In this document: one piece after another, positions 56,376-64,000 of the stretch | How positions within the stretch are numbered: the first letter of the stretch is position 1 | Layout of the letters: the number at the start of each line of letters is the position of its first letter | Source: the human T2T-CHM13v2.0 reference genome, Homo sapiens | Assembly (NCBI RefSeq): GCF_009914755.1 | Contig: NC_060931.1 | Length of the DNA: 64,000 bases | Direction: 5' to 3' (one strand) | Notes under the pieces: generated by a model | Database searches by the model: none | The model's input: only the letters and a program-made list of their open reading frames with translations | Told to the model about the DNA's origin: nothing | Program-made: the position numbers and the translations under genes

Positions 56376-56693
56376 GAAATGTGAAGAACTTCCTGTTAAA
56401 CAGGGCAGATGGATCACACATATTTCTCTCTTCTCTCTTCCAAAATCTTACTAAAATAACAGTAAAGAGATAAAAAAGGCATTAGCTTTAAAGAACAATG
56501 AGATCAGCAGAAATGTGGTGATACTTACGACGATGACTTCCTAACATCCATTTAACTCCTAAACCAATAATAGGAATCTCTCATTTTGCTTGCTAATGAT
56601 TGGTTTAGAAAAGGACATGAGAAATTTTTTAAAAAATATTTTTTGGCGTAGAGGGCTTTTGGAATGCTTTTCCTCACTTTTAAAAAGAGGCAT

Positions 56694-56917
56694 CCAGTCT
56701 GGGCAACATGGTGAAGCCCCATCTCTACAAAAAATACAGAAATTAGCCAGGCATGGTGACAGGCACCTATAGTCCCAGCTACTCGGGAGGCTAAGGTGGG
56801 AGGATTGCTTGAGCCTGGGAAGCAGAGGTTGCACTGAGATCATGCCACTGCACTCTAGCCTGGGGGACAGAGTGAGACCCTGTCTCAAAAAATAAATAAA
56901 TAAATAAATAAATAAAA
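56694..56917 (+). mobile_element. 5'-truncated AluJ
   Basis: CCAGTCTGGGCAACATGG...(AAAT)n. Confidence 0.88.
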
Positions 56918-57089
56918 GAGACACAAGGCTCTGGTGGGGGATGTTGATAGTGGCGGAGGGAGGCTATGCATGTGTGGGCAGGAGGTATATAGGAAACGTG
57001 TACCTTCTGCTCAATTTTGCTGGGAAACTAAAACTCCTCTAAACATGAAGTTCATTAAGAAAAACAAAAACAAAAACAAAAGAGACACA

Positions 57090-57367
57090 CAGGAAAGGTG
57101 GTCCTCAGCTTCATCTGGACCTTGTTATATCTGCATGTGCCTGGAATTGCTACAGTCATTTTGCTATAGGACTTTGAGGATGAAGCCAAAAGACTGAAGA
57201 GGGTGGAATAAAAGAAGGGCTGTGAAGGCGAGTCAATCTCTGATGGTTGGGGGCTGGTGCTCCTCCACCTCTGGACCTCATGTAGCATGCGGTAGTTTCC
57301 TAATTATTTAAATGTATGGTAATGTATGTTTTCTGCTACTTGCTCCTGAAGCATCCTAACTGATACA
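57090..57367 (+). mobile_element. LTR33-like ERVL LTR fragment
   Basis: CCTGGAATTGCTACAGTCATTTTGC...GAGGATGAAGCCAA...GCATCCTAACTGATACA. Confidence 0.55.
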
Positions 57368-57648
57368 AGCATATGAGATTTTAACAATAAGAAAACAGGA
57401 TGTGGCTGGAGAAGTATTAACTAACGGGAAAGGAACTGACCTACTATAGAACCTCCAAGAAGCTGGCCACCTCTAGGACATTCCTAGAGCTGCAAAAGTC
57501 ATAGGTGAGGTGAGGACTAAATACAGCTCAAGAGTTAAAGGTCTTAATACATGGCAAGTGGACCTAAAGGTCATGTCTACCACCTTACACAACCAGATGA
57601 TGAGTTATCACCATTTCTGCCAGGACACCCTCTTCTGTACCCCAGTAA

Positions 57649-57932
<284 letters not shown>

Positions 57933-58329
57933 AATGACAATAAACTTGCTAACAAGAGAGCAAAGGTTTACTTGCCAGAGAAGTTGAACTGGAGAGATTC
58001 TAGAAACGGGGCCATCAGGCTCAGCGCAGAGTAGGAGTGAGGCACAGGGCTGGACACAGTGGAACTGCGGGCCATTTCTAGTCAGGGCTTCCAGATTGCC
58101 TATTGCCAGGCACATCACCAATCAGGTTTCTATCTTTGAGAAACTGAATGGCCCCAGAGAAGGCTTCCAGATCTTGCCTTTGGGAATCCTCAAACAAAAG
58201 GCTGAGTGGTGATCAGACAAATTTTGGTCGACAACCTCACACACAGACTTCCAATTAGGCTGTTAGAGCCTCTCTTCCAAATGTGCATGGTTAGGGATGG
58301 CCCAACACTGCTGGAGCATCCCCAGTGTG

Positions 58330-59530
<1,201 letters not shown>

Positions 59531-59602
59531 TCATTCTAATTATTTAAGCACAGTTTAATTTTTGAACTATGTGCCTATCTTACTCTGATTTTTAAAAATG
59601 CA

Positions 59603-59946
<344 letters not shown>

Positions 59947-60686
59947 CTATAATAAGTTCCAGTTGCCAGATAAAAGAGAGGAGGAGATGAGTGGAAGATT
60001 CCTGGGGAGTATGCTGAGTGTGGAAGCTGTGCTCTAGCCCACAAAACTGGCTGTGGGAGCAAAGGGAGAAACAGGGACACATGACGGTGTGCTCGTGTGT
60101 GCACACACACCAGGAGGAGGGAGTTCCGCATCATTTCCTTTTTGGGCTCATTTCCCTCAGGGTGCATGCAGCCTCCTGGAGGTGATATAGTGGTGGATGC
60201 TTTCAGGACCTTTTAGCTCTGATTGCTGCACTCCAGGGTGATACCTGGTGGGAAGGAGTTCACTGGAACCAGCTTGGGTCTCGGAAAAGCTGAGGAGTGA
60301 TAGGGAATGGGGCAATGAGCCACAGGAAGGTGTTGACACAGTCACGCAAGTTTGTTTAGTTGCCGTTCACTGTTTCCCCCTCCGTACTACATCACCCGTC
60401 CCCTGTCTGCCCGCCAGTCTGGTCTAACGTCAAAGCATAGGATGATGGGTCTTGTCCAGTTCAACTCAGGGAAATGCAGAGAAAATCCCACCTTACCACT
60501 TTGAGGAAGCAGAGCATCAGTTTGTCTGAGCGCATTAGGGAAGAGAGCAGAAGGCAATTGACCTTGATTCAGTCCTTACCATTTGACCTTAATTCAGTCC
60601 TTACTATGTGCCAGGCATGAAATGTACATTTCTTATTCCAGCCACCTTAGGTGAGTAAACTAGTATCTGCCTTTCTTAGATGAGAA

Positions 60687-61100
60687 TTTTTTTTTCCCTT
60701 TTGGTGGAAAATGGGGTCTCGCTATGTTGCCAAGGCTGCTGTTGAATTCCTGGGCTCAAGCTACTTTCCCACTTCTGCCTTCCTAAATATTGGGATTACA
60801 TACGTGAGCCACTGCGCCTGGCCTCAGATGAAAAAAACTATTATAAAGCTAATAAGAAATGGAGGGGTTTTGTGCCTGTCTGTACAACCTCAAAGCCCCC
60901 CAGACTGAGAAACAGATGTAGAAACAGCACAGGGACAAATATATAAGAAATCAGGGAGAGAATAAGGCGGGGTGCAGCAGCTCATGCCTGTAATCCCAGC
61001 ATTTGGAGAGGCCAAGGCAAGAGGATTGCTTGAGCCCAGGAGTTCAAGACCAGCCTGGGCAACATAGTGAGACTCTGTCTCTACAGGAAAAAAAAAAAAA
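60687..61100. mobile_element. Two FLAM/Alu monomers in opposite orientation (60687-60822 minus, 60966-61100 plus)
   Basis: Single-arm Alu sequences. Confidence 0.8.
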
Positions 61101-62174
61101 GAGAATTGGCTTGCAGTGTGGCAATATCACTATCCTAATGACATACAGAACGGAACAGAAGTTGCTTTTACCCCAGACTCATCCCTGCCCTTTGTCAGGA
61201 ATCTAAGACCTTCTGCCTGTCTCCACACTGCCCTCGTCAGTCTAAGATTAGCTAAGTTTGCCCTTTTATACTTTAGACTGCATGTGTAAGCATCTATGAG
61301 ACAGAGGGGACTGTGCCCAGATTTTGTGGCACCAGCTTACTGCGGGCTCTCAGCCTGGCTTGTCAGATCCCAGCCCTCTTTGCCCTTTCCAACAGTCCTG
61401 GTGGGTTTGGCTGGGCTAGTCATCCACAACCCTCGGGCTTTTTGGAGCAAGCAATGTGTTCCTTTAGAGTTGGAGGCGAATAAACTGAACATATGAGTGT
61501 GTTATTCCAGGCCCCTCGGGCTGGGGGCAGAAGCACGGAGGGCAGGCATATGGAAACCAGGCAGTGTCAAGGCCGGCATTCACTGCCTTTGCCTTCCTGT
61601 GGAGTGCCCCTCCCACTCACTAACAGCTACCATCCATGGACTGCTTCTTATGTGCTTGGTACTTTCTCACTTCACTCTGATTAGCTCTGTTGTACAGATG
61701 AGCAATCTGAGGTGAGACAGGCTAAGAACCATGACCAAGCTTACCTAGTTGGTAGGCACGGAGTTGAGATTTCCACTTCAAATCCCATTCCAACCCTTGT
61801 TATCTAACTTTAACTTTTCTAATTCTAGACTCAAGTTCCTTTTTTAGCAATCCCTGACAAGAATGGGTTGCAATGTAAGAATATGAGAACTAAAATATTT
61901 TCAAGGTTAACGAAAAGATACGTATGAAATAAATTCACACACGTTAGCATTTCCCACAAAGGGAATTCACAAGTGGGAGGGGATGACAATAAATTCCATT
62001 CATGTGCGATAGTTTTTTTTTTTTTTTGCCAAGTACAGATAATCTGTGTAGATGAAACATCTATTATATATACATCAATATGAGTAAAGCAACGTTTTTG
62101 TAAGTTTTGTGTGATTACAATATTCAACTCTGATCATGCCTATTCAATCTTTAATTGCAGGGGATCTTGTCCTA

Positions 62175-62661
<487 letters not shown>

Positions 62662-63599
62662 TTAACCTCACCCATCCTTTCCTGCTTCCTTAACAGAACA
62701 CAAACAGCTGGCATTTCTCTATAGATGAACATTCCCCTGAAAATTAAACCCAAAAGGAACAGTCGGAGCAGATCCTTCAGGCTCCACTGTTTTATTCTTT
62801 AATGGCTGCTCCCTTCTTTCTCTGTTAGGCCAGGTACCACTGCTTGGTGAGAAGTGCCTCCATCAGTCAAAAATAGATGGAGATTTGTATAGTCAAAGAA
62901 GGCTTTCAAACTGGGTTCCCTGGAGTCCTTGGGGAACCCAAGGATATCCTTGAGAGGGTGTGGGGGACAATGGCTCTGGGTACATGTGTGAGCTTAGCCG
63001 GCTTCAGGTGGAGGCAAGTCTACTTTCCTATCAGGTACCCATAATAAGGTTGTGCTGGAATGAAAATGTTCGATAGCTACAAAGAAGTTTAAAAGTCGCT
63101 GTATATACAATTGAAGCCCCTTCCAGAAGTTTGGAACGGAATTGTTGCCTCAACTCTAAAACAAGGGTAATATCCCTAACCAACACCCCACATGACAGTG
63201 AGAAGTCATTATAAAATGATCTTGCAAAGTGAGGGGTGGCCAGGAAAGTAGCATGTCAACGGTGACAGTAACGCCACGATGGTGAGCATGATGGAAGTGT
63301 TGGGGATGGCAATTCCATCTGACCGCGTCCTCCTGAATGCCTGAGGCTGAGCTCGGCCATAATGACAGAGGGACTCTGGCTGTCAAACTAGGTCAGGCTT
63401 GCACCAACATGGAAGGCATCAGGGTGAGAGCCTGGCAGATCAGGAGCGACTGCTATCAAATATTTGTTTTTGCTTTAAAAATCAACTCCCTCCCCTTCTT
63501 TTACGACTATGTCCTCTTAAAGCCTATTTGCTACCCGTTGAGATTCACACTGTATGCATAAAAAACATCAGATAATACCGTTATCTGCACTTCTCACTG

Positions 63600-63780
63600 A
63601 GTATTATTAATGTTTCCTTTTTATAAAAATTATGGATACTTGTACCTCATTCTTTTAAACTCTAAATTCCTGAAAAGCGGGGTCTAGCTTCATTAATCTC
63701 TGTACCCCTGCCTGAGAGTACCTAACATGGAATCTTGCTTATGGAGCGAGCACTCAATAAATATTTTTGAATAAGTGGTT
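63600..63780 (+). mobile_element. L2 3' end
   Basis: TCTCTGTACCCC...GCACTCAATAAATATTTTTGAATAAGT. Confidence 0.7.
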
Positions 63781-64000
63781 CTCTGTCGCATTATTTGGGA
63801 ATTGAGCTTCTGCCCATCAAAATGGACATGCATGGATTTTAAATTACTTTTAATCCAAATGAGTGTTAATTCTGTTTTCTATTTTTTCATTTCTGTCCAG
63901 GACAACCACATAGAACCCCAAACAGGTGGCCCAGAAGAGTAGCTTTCCTGGTGTGGAGAGACATGTAAGGACAAACAACCTCTGCTATGCCAATTTCCCC

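Overview
Primate, almost certainly human, genomic DNA. The gene content matches my recollection of the EFCAB10 / ATXN7L1 junction on 7q22.3. All recognisable genes are on the minus strand. (1) First coding exon of EFCAB10 (7566-7671), with a CpG-rich promoter carrying an RFX X-box and a perfect GTCACGTGAC E-box. (2) A full-length processed YBX1 pseudogene (8055-9602) with a perfect 16-bp target-site duplication (TSD), inserted about 380 bp upstream of the EFCAB10 ATG. (3) The 3' part of ATXN7L1: five constitutive coding exons at 50255-50447, 46377-46498, 40048-41002, 36715-36789 and 34038-34079/34076, a frame-preserving 306-nt candidate cassette exon at 43978-44283, and a 3' UTR of about 3-3.5 kb. 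The remainder is repeat-dense: roughly 55-60 Alu copies or fragments, several solo LTRs (THE1, MER11, LTR27-like, MER50, MLT1, LTR33-like), L1/HAL1, L2, MIR and hAT MITEs. Most entries in the ORF track are Alu or low-complexity artefacts. I found no CRISPR array, tRNA/rRNA gene or wholly new gene system. The best leads are the cassette exon that splits the conserved ataxin-7-family WKKIPP motif, the LTR-retrocopy-promoter stack upstream of EFCAB10, and the motif-dense ATXN7L1 3' UTR. Gene names, exon numbers and repeat subfamilies come from memory of consensus sequences, not from database searches. Boundaries of old repeats are approximate.
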